The notes below the pieces were generated by a model. The model made no database searches, was not told where the DNA came from, and was given only the letters and a program-made list of their open reading frames with translations. Below are positions 1 through 12,300 of a stretch of 64,000 nt of DNA, in pieces (the stretch's first letter is position 1; the number at the start of each line of letters is the position of its first letter). Location: the NCBI GenBank assembly GCA_000708835.1, contig DF236959.1, positions 102,938 through 166,937 of the forward strand, read 5' to 3'. Made by a program: the position numbers and the translations under genes. This stretch comes from Klebsormidium nitens (lineage: Eukaryota; Plantae; Klebsormidiophyceae).

Positions 1-217
1 AATGGATCCAAGGAGCAACTGCCATAACGAATGTGCTTCTGACTTTCGACGCACGGAAAGATCTTCGTCTACGTGAGTCCAACTCGTTGATCCTGAATCG
101 ATGAGGTGCCCCCAAATTTTTCAAGAGTGCCCCCAAATCTCGATGGCTTCTGTTATCCCGAGGAAGGGCGACCAACAGCAGGGACTTTGGCCGAGGACGT
201 CGCCCACGTTCGCTCAC

Positions 218-3200
218 CTGGGGTGAAAATCGATTCCGGACACCCAGTCCTTGTGCCCGTCGCCGCTCATGATGAGCTCGCCAGATGGCAGCGACCAAAG
301 CTTCCACGTGGCGTCGTCGGAGGACGTCGCCACGATCGGCTTCTTGGGATGCATCCGGAGGCTGCGCAGAAGCAGCGCACACGCTGAGGAAAGTGCATTA
401 TCTTTCTAGGTTCATTGCTTTCAGAGACTACCCTGTCAGTTTCATCTCTGACAATCTTACCTCATTTTAAAACCCCTTTTCTTTTCCTTTGCCTAAGGAT
501 GTGCTCAAGTCGTCTCCTTCTTCCCCTTTTAACTCTCAGGAGTTGATTAGTTACACAGTGGCAACGCCCTTGTCTCCTAAGGGGCTTGTCTTCCAAGATT
601 CAAAGGCCCCGGCACCTCAACAAAGAACCCTAACCCAAGTTTTCACCCGCTCCGCAGCCCTACCCACCCCTAACCAACAAAGCAAACCTACCCGTCCCCC
701 GGGCTTTGACCCCTTTTAGATAGCGACTAAAAAGACAAGAGGTGCCAAACCATTATCCAATACTTTCTTCTCTTGCGATCAGATGGATTCTGATTTGTGC
801 TCACTTGCTAACGGGCATATGGTGCCCCTTAAACGTTTTCGCCAGCTTGAACCCCTTCGCGCGCGCGCGCTCGACCGGGCGCTCCACGAGCGGGTTCGGC
901 CGGTTGTTCGGTGGCAGGATCGCGTCGCCTTTCAGCGCGGTCGTCGTGCGCTTCGCGGCCGCGGCCGCGGAGGGTTTGGGGGTTATGCCGCTGCGATCGC
1001 TTGCGACGCGGTCGTTTATTGGGGCAGAGGAGGGAGCGCCGGACTTGCTCATTGCTTCAAGTGCCTCCACCTGCAAGAAAGAGATTCGGTGACGTGATCC
1101 GTTTTGTATCATATCATTCAGGAACCGAGGGGTACTACCATTCGCGACGCAGAAGCTTCTGAAGGTCAACTCGCTCGATCTGCGTGCTGGAATATGAGAG
1201 TAAGACGTAAGGAAGGAGGGAAACAAGGAAGCTAAGAAGACCTTGGAAGCAACGTTCTTTGGTAACGGGGGAGGATGCGAAAGAAGAACTTCAAAAGAAA
1301 CCTTCAACCGATTCGAGGTAAAACCAAGATTGTCTCTCGAGAGTGTAGCTCCGGCTTTACTACTGATGAAAAGTAACAGAAGCGACGCTTTTGAAAAAGC
1401 AAAGCAACGATGGGTGGCTCCGAAGCTGCTCCTTGAGAATCCGCGCGCGCACCTTGGCCGCCAGGCGGTCCCGCTCGAGGCGCGTGAGCGTCTTCTCCTT
1501 CATCAGCGACTCGTACTTGGCCTTGAGCTCGCGCAGCGTCGGCTCGTACTGCGCGTAGTGCGCCTTCAGCCGCTGCGCGCGCAAGAGATCGCGCGTCTGA
1601 GATCCATTCACACTTGCCTAGAATAGTTATAATCAGCTCAAATTTTAGACCGAACGAAGCTAACACGAAAATCTTCAACCCAAATAATCATCCGCTCCGC
1701 ATCCGTACCCACCCTAACCACTTCATAAACCTACTCGTCCCGGTACTCTAACTTGAGCTTCACGCAATCCAAATCGGAGACCGATGATCCATTCGGGTTC
1801 ACGACTTTAAGGTCCTGGCCTGCGCAGGATCCGCGCCGAATTAATCTACACAGTTCGCAGCATTTGACGGTGGCCTCTGTGCTGTGATTGGCCTTTCAGA
1901 GAGCCAGGAAAGCGCACCGCAAAGTATGAGGGAGTACGCTTGGAGCTGATGAGTCACTCTACTTGGCTGACCGGCTCTTTGTACTACAACAAAGTAGTTG
2001 CGGTTCCTGAAAACCCGGCTTCTGAATAGCTAAAAGGAGTCGCGGGCACCGATTCCATCCACGCTCGGTGAACCGGTCGACGCCAGACCCTACTGACAGA
2101 GGTTTCTCCTTAAAACAAGCAGGTTCATCTCACCAGAACCCCGGCCAAGATTGGTTGCATGACCGACAACGATCAGGGATACTGAGAAGAGCAAATGAGC
2201 ATGTGCAGAAGCGAACCTTGATGTCGGTGATGAGTTTGTTCTTCTCCTGCGCGACTCGCTTGTGGTGCATCCGGTGCGAGTCGCGCTCCTTGCGGATCTT
2301 GTCCCACGACTCGCGCGTTTTCCTGGACCAGAAAGAACATTCCACCTTTCTGAGAGAGGGTTCCAAGAAACGAGAGACGTTTGCGCTCAAAGGGTTTTGA
2401 AGTTTTTGATGGGCGCATGCCAGTACAAATCCAAGTCGTGTGACAGTAGTCACTTTGCGGCGCCCGTCTGCGCGCGTTCCACAAGTCGCGCTGCTGATTC
2501 ATTCTGCCTTTCCTTGCAAGCATCCCCGACGTTTTGCCTTCAATGACCGCGGCAATGACGCCTCCTTCTATTCCCCAGGTCGACTTTATGTTGCTTCGCA
2601 AGTTGTCTTCTTCAGTTTCTGCTTTCTGAAAATGTCATACTACCGACTACGTACGATTTGGTCTTCTACCGCTTCACTCCTCGAGCGCCGCAGGCCCAAA
2701 ATAAACCGTGGCACAGTTTCGGAAATCATGTTAGGCTGACAGGGAATCACACAAGGGTCTTCGTCTCCTCGCTTCAAAATTGAACATCACGCACGATCCA
2801 GACAGCAAGAACGATCCCGCGCCCCACATGTTCAGCAAAACAAGAACTCATGAAGGAACAGAAGCTCTTGAAACCAGTGAACTACCAAACCCGACGAGAC
2901 TTTACCCCAGCTTGATGCTGAAGACGAGATGGAGAAACCAACGAAACTTACTCTGCGATGGCCCGTGTGTTGTCCAGCTCCTTTTGCACCGCTCTCAGTT
3001 GCGCCTCTAACTGCTGATTCTGGACGTACACGTCAGCAACAGGCTGCTGCTGGAGCGAGCTTTGAGCCGGTGATGACAGCTGGTACCACTCCATCTGCGG
3101 AGGAGAAGGATCGGCGTACGTTTGCCGGCCAAAAGTGTTGCGGTGCCGCCTGAGCAGGTCGGAGAACGTAAGGGACAAGCGCAGAAAACATTAACAGTTC

Positions 3201-4220
3201 TTTGAAGATGAATCATTTGAATGCAATCATTCAGAAGAAACTAGATTTAAGCTCTGTTCTCAGTTGGACGGAGTGAAAAGATGACTCTGTCTCGAGTCAG
3301 AAGGAACTCATGCCCTCACCTCGAACGTTTCCAGAGTTTTGTTTAGGCCCCCCTTGACCAGAAAGTTGCGGATGAAGTCGTCAATAACCTCTGGCCGCCG
3401 AGTGACGCCAGCTGGCAGCGGGCCACTGGGCGCCAGGCCATTTGTACTCCCTGCGAAGCAACGAGCTCGAATCAGACTTGCAGCCGTCCAGTGTTGTTGA
3501 AAAGCGTCCACGTGTTTACTAGTCCCGCTATTTGGGGCTTTTTATGTAACATTTCAGCCGATTTTGAAAAGGCGACCATTGGATCGACTGTAAATGACCA
3601 CCCGCACGAGCGGGGTCCACAGGCTCCACGTCACACAGACCGAAAAGCATAAACCAAAAGGGATCCTACAAGTACGATTATCCTGAGATGTTTATTGACG
3701 GAGCACGAAGCAGAGGTATTTTGTTGCGATGGGTTGTACTGACGCAGAGTTGCATCTTCTACGCGCGATCTTTTAGCATCAGCAAAACATGGAGAGGGAC
3801 CGTGGCTTGAGGGGACTATGTCCGACCGGCATTCTCTTCTAGTGCGAAGCACCTTTTTCAAACTCGATAAGCAAGGGAAGAAACACCATATTCTCTTTAC
3901 TGCCTTCTGTTTCTACACCTACTTCTGGTCTCTCCCTTTGTTGACTTTCGACTGGAGCCCAATATCACTTAATAAAAGCCATATGTTCGATCTCACGGAG
4001 AGTTTGATGCTCGCTCACCCGCAATGCTGGCTTTCTGCAGACTTCGCATGGTCGCCTCGAGGTCCTCCGACCGGTCGTTGTCGCTCTCATCATCATCGTT
4101 GTGCTCCAGCTCCACCTCCTCGTACTTAAAATCATCATCACTGTCCGCGTCGACATCTGCAAAGAAAGCTACTTTCAGCGCCACGTTCCACTTCGCGGAT
4201 CTCACCGTCTGCGTCAACAT
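218..4220 (-). CDS. SPAG16: PF20/SPAG16-like flagellar central-pair WD40 protein, 3' part outside the window
   Basis: Phase-consistent GT-AG exons on the minus strand: 4019-4156 (DDDFKYEEVELE..EDLEATMR), 3320-3450 (RRPEVIDDFIRNFLVKGGLNKTLETFE), 2952-3094 (MEWYQL..), 2217-2322 (WDKIRKERDSHRMHHKRVAQEKNKLITDIK), 1453-1572 (RLKAHYAQYEPTLRELKAKYE), 805-1070 (..FKLAKTFKGH) and 218-361 (HPKKPIVATSSDDATWKLW..GHKDWVSGIDFHP, a WD40 repeat). These motifs are characteristic of PF20/SPAG16. The start codon is uncertain (see the 4147-4268 duplication). Confidence 0.9.
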
Positions 4221-4268
4221 CTGCAAAGAAAATCAATTTCAGCGCCACGTTCCACTTCGCGGATCTCA
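4147..4268. repeat. 64-bp period tandem duplication covering a splice acceptor and the start of a SPAG16 exon
   Basis: gcgtc(g/a)acatctgcaaagaaa.....tttcagcgccacgttccacttcgcggatctca occurs at 4147-4204 and again at 4211-4268. Confidence 0.9.
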
Positions 4269-5566
4269 GAGTGGTGTCAGCCAGGCTGCTCTCTTTTGAG
4301 TGCTACAGGACTACTTGCCACGTGGTAAAAGTCACATATGAAGATTCTGGAAGCTATATTCACATCCGCAGGTTCATTCAAATAAGCTCAGCTGGTTGTG
4401 GAAGCGGCTCAGTGGCATTGTATGAGCTGAGTGTTGCCGGATTTAGTTGCGTTCAATGTGAGTGTGGTACCATCGCACAATGCAATAGGCATTTGTTCTC
4501 GTCTCTGCGGACCTTGGGCCAGAAGAAGTTCTACCTTCTGAATAGCACCTCTACCTTCCTTTTACCTCATCCTTCTGAATAGCCTTGTTTGTAGGTACTT
4601 TGGAAAAGTTTGGCCAAATCCAAGAGTGATTACTGGTCCCAAAAAGCGGGCTATCAAGATGCAAGCAATTGCAATCAGACTGGGTGTGAGCACATTTTGA
4701 TAGATTAGGGGCACAACCTTTATGTTTGTGGCCTTTTTCGGAAAGAGAGCTTGACTTCTCCATGAGAGCTCAACTCATCGTACTCAAAACAGAAATCTGG
4801 CAAAATGGCCTACAAAAAGCGCTGACAAGGCGGTCATGTTCTAACGAATTGAAAACAGCCTAGCTGGGACTCACGCTCAATGACGAAGTCAGTGCCCCCG
4901 CCAGCACTTTCTGAAGGTGGGCCGCCATTTTCCAGCTCTGCCATGCTTCAAATAGTGCGGATCGCTAACGTATAGAAGGTGGCGCTGGAGCATTCAGTGG
5001 TTAACCAGTGATCAAATGTATCTAGAGCTCCTGAGGAAAGTTGGCTTGTTATGCGTTCAGAGAGCTGTTCCTTGAAGCGAGCTAGGTAGCTAGGCCCAAG
5101 GCTACAGCTCTTCCCAACCAACCCCCTGGTGAACTTACCCAGCTGTGCGGCCCCAAGACTGAATCTACCTACTTCAACATGCATATGGTCTGGTTTCAAA
5201 CCTGCTCGGACCTAGTTCATCTAAGAGTCCATCAGACCTAGGTGCAACAGGTATGGTACATACAAAAAGAAGGCCATGCAGATCTACCACCGTTTTCCTT
5301 AAAAGGTACAGCCTGCCAGCGGATCAAAAGGTGCATACACGAATAGCGACAATCAACTTATGAAGTTCTACTCTGTGCACAACATGGTCTTGGCGCGCGC
5401 ATTATCGCAGACCGCCGTATCAGCCGTTGGATCTGAACTCTCTCAAGAATGGTCGGTTAGCAGAGCCCATTGGAAAGTCCGCAGTTTCAAAGTTACAGAG
5501 AGGCTACTGCATAGGTAGACTGTAGTGGTCCAGCCAGGCATGGATTTAGGTACCGTACTGCTATTT

Positions 5567-5730
5567 ATTTTCGGCAAAAATTAAATATTTATTTGGCCTG
5601 CCGAAAATTTTAGAAAATACTTTGAGGCGATAATGGTTCGATAATGGTTTTTTTAGCAGGTAACCATTGGTCAGCCGAAAGGATAGAAAGTTTCATAATT
5701 AACTTTTCGGCGTCGAAGGTGCCGAAATCA
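5567..5730. repeat. Short inverted repeats of a TTTTCGGC/GCCGAAA motif, possibly a transposon subterminal remnant
   Basis: attttcggca (5567-5576) pairs with tgccgaaaat (5599-5608) around an AT-rich loop. The same motif recurs in both orientations near 5704-5727. The region is intergenic with no coding signal. Confidence 0.35.
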
Positions 5731-7215
5731 AATAGCAGTACGGTAATAGATCTTGATCTGAACGAAGCTCGAAGCAGAATATATGCATTAAGATCCTGAA
5801 GCATCTTCGGTAAATCATCGAAAGCACTCAGGCATGCACGTGAGTTATCTTACATCTTTATGTTGTTTCAGGGGCGGCCATGTTGCATTCCCGTTGGATT
5901 TAGGGACGGCCCTAGGGACGGTAAGCCTTCGGGAGGTGCCTGAGGGTCCGTTTGGTGGTCACTTAGGGCGGGTAGGTACGGGCGCAAAGCGTCACTATCA
6001 AATATAAAACAAGAGTCCTGGCAGGTTGTTAATTAACCTTTATCTTGTGTTTCGCCGATGCCGCGGGCCCCCGCCCAGCATAGTGGCAATACAGCCATGT
6101 TAGTAATGGTCATATGCTTAGCTTCTTTTTATACATGCTTAGGAATCTGTCATCACTGAGTCAACATGCCCTAGCCTTCATATCGAAATTGTCAGCTGCA
6201 TGTTAACGCTTACACATGCTGCTAAATAAAGGTTGGCCGCGCAAATTCATTATTCAGTCTTACCACTTCAAAAAGTATGTGCAATGTCTGATAATCCTAA
6301 CGGCAATTTTTGCGCTGTTGCATGCATGCCAGGCCATTAACGTATGGGGACCGTTGTTAACTGAGTCACGTACTTGGCATACCGTCCTCATGCAAAGCTG
6401 ATGATGATAGTCGCGAACGTTCAGATGATAGTTTGCGGTGGAAGCTTCCAACTGACTGCTCATATAGCACATAGCATGTTTTGGGCCCAGCCTGCATCGG
6501 CCGCCACGGGCCCCGACGGGACGTGCGTTTGAGAAGATGGCCAGATTAGTCATACCAAAAGTTTGAGAAGATGGTCTTTGGTATGTTAGTAGGAAACCAA
6601 GAGCTCGCACGGAGACCCTCACTCAGCAGCTCACAAGAAATACCGGTGCCCTTCGAATCGGAATACTTTAGTTGCTCATATGATACTGCAATCCGGTTTA
6701 CCAACAAGGAATGTCCCTCGTGCATCTGGAAAAAGTGAAAGTTGCATCGTAAAGCTTTCATTGTTTACTCCCTAAGTTGCTCTCGCATGAGTTTGATCCA
6801 ATCGACTTTTTCAAAACACCCCCCTTGATCAGTGATTCACAATCTGGGGGCAAAGTTGGGACCATGTGCCAAGGATTGAGAACTTATAAAACAAGGATAA
6901 TATGACAACTCATGCAGGAAGCAAAGCACTTTCCGAGCATTTCTCCTTCACACAGAAAAGCTTGTTTACGTTCTCGTTTGTGCAAAAAGATGCTGCCAAA
7001 ACGCCAAAATTGGTGGTTGCCAGCGTTGAGGACAGTTTCTTTGAAGATTGGACTACTGTGTTTCGTCATCGTCCAGGTAGCCTGATTCGACAAGATAAGC
7101 AACTACAGACTATTGAAGAAGGCAAGCTTCATTTCTTCCTCCCTGAATACTGGCAGTTGGACCTTTTCACATGAGAACGGATGCATATCGGCACAACGCT
7201 CTTACACAGGACTGC

Positions 7216-8517
7216 CTAGTATCCTTGGCCAATCAGATAGTCCCCAAGATTCTCGACAACCACGTTGCATTCCCCAGGTTGCACTGGTTCTTCGTAAATG
7301 CCAATCAGGAGTGCACTCGTTGTCTTCTTGATTGTGCAGCCTCCGGGACCCTGTATTTGCATACAGACTCATTAAAGTTCACTGTCCATGCAAATAAACG
7401 GTGGAGTGTCTTGGACAGCGACAATAATACTAAGCATTTGACAAGGCTACAAATTGGTACCACATTCGGGTTGCCCTGCACTTAGATATGCCGTTGGCAC
7501 TGAGTCTGCCTTCATTGACCTGGCAGGTTGGAAGTCAATGGCACATCACAAAGTTTGTGAGACAAGGATAAGGGCAGTTCTGGAGCAGCTCGTGTAGAGG
7601 CAACGTATAAGCATTTATCAGCAGTACGAGCATCAAAATACTGAAAAGACCCTGAGGGGCAATCTGGGGATGCTGATTGTAAAATACTCAAAAACAGATG
7701 TCCTAACATGCATATTGGTACAGGAAGTGGTACAACGCAAGAGCGTGCACCGACAAGCCAACGTAGACCTGAACAGTAATCAAGCCTGAGGGATGGATAT
7801 TAAAAATCCCCTTTTCTCCAAAGGTATACACAAGCTCGGTTTGTTGCACTGCCGCCCTCCTGACACCAGCTCATCAATGGACAGCAAACCCTAACCTCAG
7901 GAAACTACCCCGAAAGCTGCGTAGCTGCTGAACAATACCTGTAAAGAAAGTGTCATAAAAGCTGCCAATGTACGTATGGGAATAAAGCAAAACCACCAAC
8001 CGTTCAGAAGAGGCTAATATAAGTCTCACCTTCTTGCCTCGTAGGACCACATCCTTTTCGCTCATAACTGCCATGTACTTCTGTCCCGCAATCATAATGC
8101 CTGTCGGTCCAAGAAGATTGGGGTCTGCGAATCCAGCCACAATCTTTTCGATCTCCTCAGGGAGGATCTGCAAAAACAAGGAAGCCATCTTACACCGACT
8201 CTTGGATATCCAGATGGTCCCTAACAGGCTTTGGTCAGTCGCCAGCAGATAAGGCGTGACATCCGGTGAAGGATTGATGGAACGATGGAACCCTGGAAAA
8301 CATCACATGATTCAAAAAGTCCATGTTTGAAATTTTTGTCATCTTAGCTGAATCTATGGTTGAGCAGATGGACGTCACAACGTCTGCTTACTTTTGGAAA
8401 TTCTGCGCTTTCCGCCCAGAGGCTCCCATCTTGCCCATAGATTGCCGCATGCCGGAGCTGGTTCCCTGATGGAAGTTGGCACAGCAGGTGGTCGTCCACA
8501 TACGATTGCCAAGACAT
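7216..8517 (-). CDS. PRF: Profilin (132 aa)
   Basis: Exons 8392-8517 ([18 protein letters not shown]), 8030-8167 (ILPEEI..GQKYM..VLRGKK) and 7216-7350 ([44 protein letters not shown]). All introns are phase 0 GT-AG, and the 138/135-nt exons match the classic plant profilin layout. Confidence 0.97.
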
Positions 8518-9363
8518 TGTTGCAGCAGGAGACCCCAAGAAAACAAGCCACAACGCGCTTCAACAAAGGCCGATTTTCGAAGCAACGGACAGAGAAGCGA
8601 CGCTCTGGACAGGCAAGAGGAGATGTGCTGTAACAGATCTGAACCAAGCCGAACTTTGGTTGCCTGGTGACCAGTTCCAAGTTCAATCCAAGCTCTGTTC
8701 AAAGCAGTCTGAGTCAGCCTCAGCTCGACACTGACTCTGAGCTATATCATAGCCTGAGGTAAAATGAAGATAATTGCTGCCTCGTTTTCGTTCGTTTGCG
8801 CGAAGTAGTATATGCTATCGTCGCAGCTACAATCGGGCAAGACAAGAACAAAGTACCTATTCTCGTGGAAGAACAATTACCTACACTGGCTCTATAGTGA
8901 CCCCTGATATGCCTTTTGAAGAACCAAGATTTTGGTTTGGCCACCTGCTAATTTAATTTCTTACGACCTTTCGAAGCTCCTCAGGCTCTAGCTCCAATGT
9001 AACATTTTAACGGACCAGCTGGCCGCTGAATGGCATTGTGTGGAGATCCTTCCTGCCTCGCCCGTCATTGCATCAGGAGGTGGCGCCTGCCTGCCTGCCA
9101 GTGCTGCTCCGGTTTATGAAATCCTGATTTTGGAAAGGGGGCCTGAGAGAGTGGTGGTGGAGCTCGCTAGGAGAAAATAAACAATGCACGTCCAATGTTG
9201 AAGCGCCACGCCAATGCGAATGTGCAGGTTGCTTTCAAGCCCGAAATTGCCAGAACTTTATGCCAACTGATATTCGGTGAATTTCCTCAGATCTTCACAG
9301 AGCCCGCATGTGAATCTTCCCCACCAAGTGCATGACGGCTGGGCTTTGCTCTACACCGTATGA

Positions 9364-12300
9364 ATGGCGCACACCGGGCAAAATGCCAGTGCATCGGCAG
9401 CTCTCCCGTCCCCCTCACGAATTCCTGCTCCCCCAGCAAAGCTTCAACGGCCTGGTCTTAGAACAAGCTTAGACGAGGAAGGGGAGCGCACAGGCCCTTC
9501 TCTTTTGCCTTCTCCCATTAAAAACATAAGGACAGCGTTTATGGCCGAAGTCAATGTCAACACCAGCATCGAGGCGCAGACTCGTGCAAAGGCTGGGGCG
9601 AAGAGCCTGTCTTCTAGCCTCGATGGAGCCGCCGGAGTTGGAAAGAGCTCTGGCAGTGCCTTGCAAGGTATGTGTCGCAACAATGTGAGAATATGTTGAG
9701 TAGAAGAATGTCGCGTTCTGGTCATCGGCTACGCAGTTGGTCTAGTGGCGTTGTCCTTTATACTTTTTGTGTCCAAGTTATATCAGAGAGGTTGGCGCCA
9801 TGAAATGCACCTTCCAGGCATAGTTGGGACACTCAGATCGCTTTGTGTGGGTAGAGTCACAGGTACAAGGTAGTGTGAAGCTTGGCTCCATATGTGCAAA
9901 CATCAAGGTCTTTAGAGGAACCAATGCAAGGAACAGCGTTGAAACATTTCAGCATACTTGTGGACAAGCCAATGGCCTTCACCAGGCGGTGCAAACATCA
10001 AAACGTCAAGTCAAGCTGATGATCGAAGAGACGCTACGTAACGAGGAGAACTGGGCTTCTTTCAGAGCTTGTAATACCTCAGAAGCCTTGGTGGCAACAA
10101 GAGTCCATCTCGCCCCCATAAATGAGAGTGTCAACTCAGCAGTGTGTCTACTTCACAACTGAGATCAATCAACTGAAAATGGTCTAAAAGTATCATGAAA
10201 GATGGTGCATGAGGAGACCCAAGGACATTTCTGAACTTCACCAGGATACCGTTTTGTGCGGCCCCTCTCAACTCTGGAAAGACAGTCTCATAACAGCCAC
10301 CGTCACTTATTCAGCACACGGGGAGTACCAGCATGGCTGACGCCTCCTCAGTTTCCTGCCGCATGAGTCTTATTGAGGACATCCCACTTGTCTCTGGCGC
10401 AATGGGTTAAGGGTGGCACTCTTTGTCTTGAACTATCAGTGACTGCCTGCATCAAAATTTTGAGAGCACCTCAAGAAAGTGAAAATGTATTGTTCCTGGA
10501 CAGCAGTACTTTTGGGAGGTGAAAACTCTTGAGCCTTCTCCCTTGCCTGTTTCCAGCTTAATCCAGATGTTCTGATGTCAATATATGCCATTGATAAAGC
10601 AGGCGAGCAGGTCCAGTGAGCGAGTCCTCTATCCCAAGCTTAATCTGTCCAGAGGGTACCAAAGAGCCAATGTTGATACTGTTGCCCGACCACTGTCTTT
10701 TGATTAGACTGTATGACGCTTGAATGAGTCCACCAGCTGCTTGATATCTGATCCCCCCAAGCTTGCAACAGAATGCATACTTGAAATCTTATGATAAAGC
10801 CCCTGCAATTCCCTTCAGGTTCCAGACGCGAAAACACCCCCACCAGGAGGCCCCTCACAAAATCGGACGCCGGTCCCCAGACTCGCCGTCCGAAAACGCC
10901 AGTGGCACCGACGCCTGTTCAGCTGCCAAGAGTCGCAAGCATCCCTGCTGGCAGGCGGTCAAGCGGAGAAGGGGATGCGCAGGTCGAGCGGCGGCCGTCG
11001 AGTGCTGCGGGGGAGCGGCGGATGTCCGGGGAAGGGAGTGCGGAGAGCGACTTCGTGAGTGGATGAATATGCTGCTCAATCTGACTAAGATGGGTGGTGA
11101 CGTTTCATACTGCAGAGTCGGATATGGATGGTGAACGGTTTACTTCGAGGTTCCCAGCTTGCAGAGATCTCGTAGCTTGTTCGTAGTGGAATAAGGATAG
11201 CCTGTTGACGCCTTTGAAAAAGTTCCGAAGCTGCGCAACTCATCGTGCCGAGGACGAGTCAGGAAATGATTGCCGACGCTCGGAACGTCCAAGAAAAGAA
11301 TCCCAGGTCGTTCAAGGATTCGTTAATACCGAAAAGCCAACTCGTTACGTTCACCCAGGCAATTAGGGGGACCAGCCGACTTAGACCAACTCCAAACTGT
11401 GATGAATATTCCCCCAAGATGCAACCAACCGTATTTATCAACAACGACATGCTGAAGTGGGTCCAGAAGTTTTGCAGAAACTTGACCTGAGAGCCCAGGA
11501 TCTGAAGGCCCTGCGACCTGCTTTGATTGGCGTCTCCAAGCGTATTGAGGTATGCAACATCAGAGCGATGTTACACATATCAGCCATGTCCTTATCTCTT
11601 CACCGGACTGGTTTTTTTGTCTTGTCGGTCTTGGTGGCCTCGGTCTTTGCACATCGTTCTTTCTCTTTCACCGAGTATCTTTCAAGTCAGCTGTGCTACT
11701 GGTTCAGAGTCATTAATGGAAGAGCCAGCCGAGACCGGAACTTGAAGGCAAGCCTGACAAACTCATCGTTCCTTTGCCAGTTCGTCTATCTGCGTCACAA
11801 CAGGCTGCAGTCGCTCGAGGGGATCGAGGTTCTCAAGAATCTGAAGGTGAGAGGAACGCGTGGCTCTATCTCCCCTTCGTACTCGGAGAAATAGTCTTTA
11901 TCAAAGATGAGGGCTTAAAACGGGCACGATGACCGGAGGAACTTGGAAAAGCTTTCCCAACAAAGCGGAGATGGTTTGAAGGTACCGAGTTACATCTGGA
12001 GACTGTGAGGCGCCAGGGGCATCAATCAGAAGAAACATTTACGTTCTGGAGCACGAGACGTAACAATCAATTTCCATCTCGTCGTTTCGAACACTCGGTC
12101 TGCATCCGGCGACGCCTACACTGGGGCTCTCCTTGTGCTGCGTGCGGAATCCGACCCTTGTGTTCGGCGACATTCCCGAGCTGGACCTTAACGAAGCTCC
12201 CTTGGTTTGAAACTGCAGATACTGGATGCCAGCTTCAACGAGCTCTCCGACAGCTGCCTGCCACAGCTGCAACAATTGCAGTCCCTACAGGTGGGTGGAT

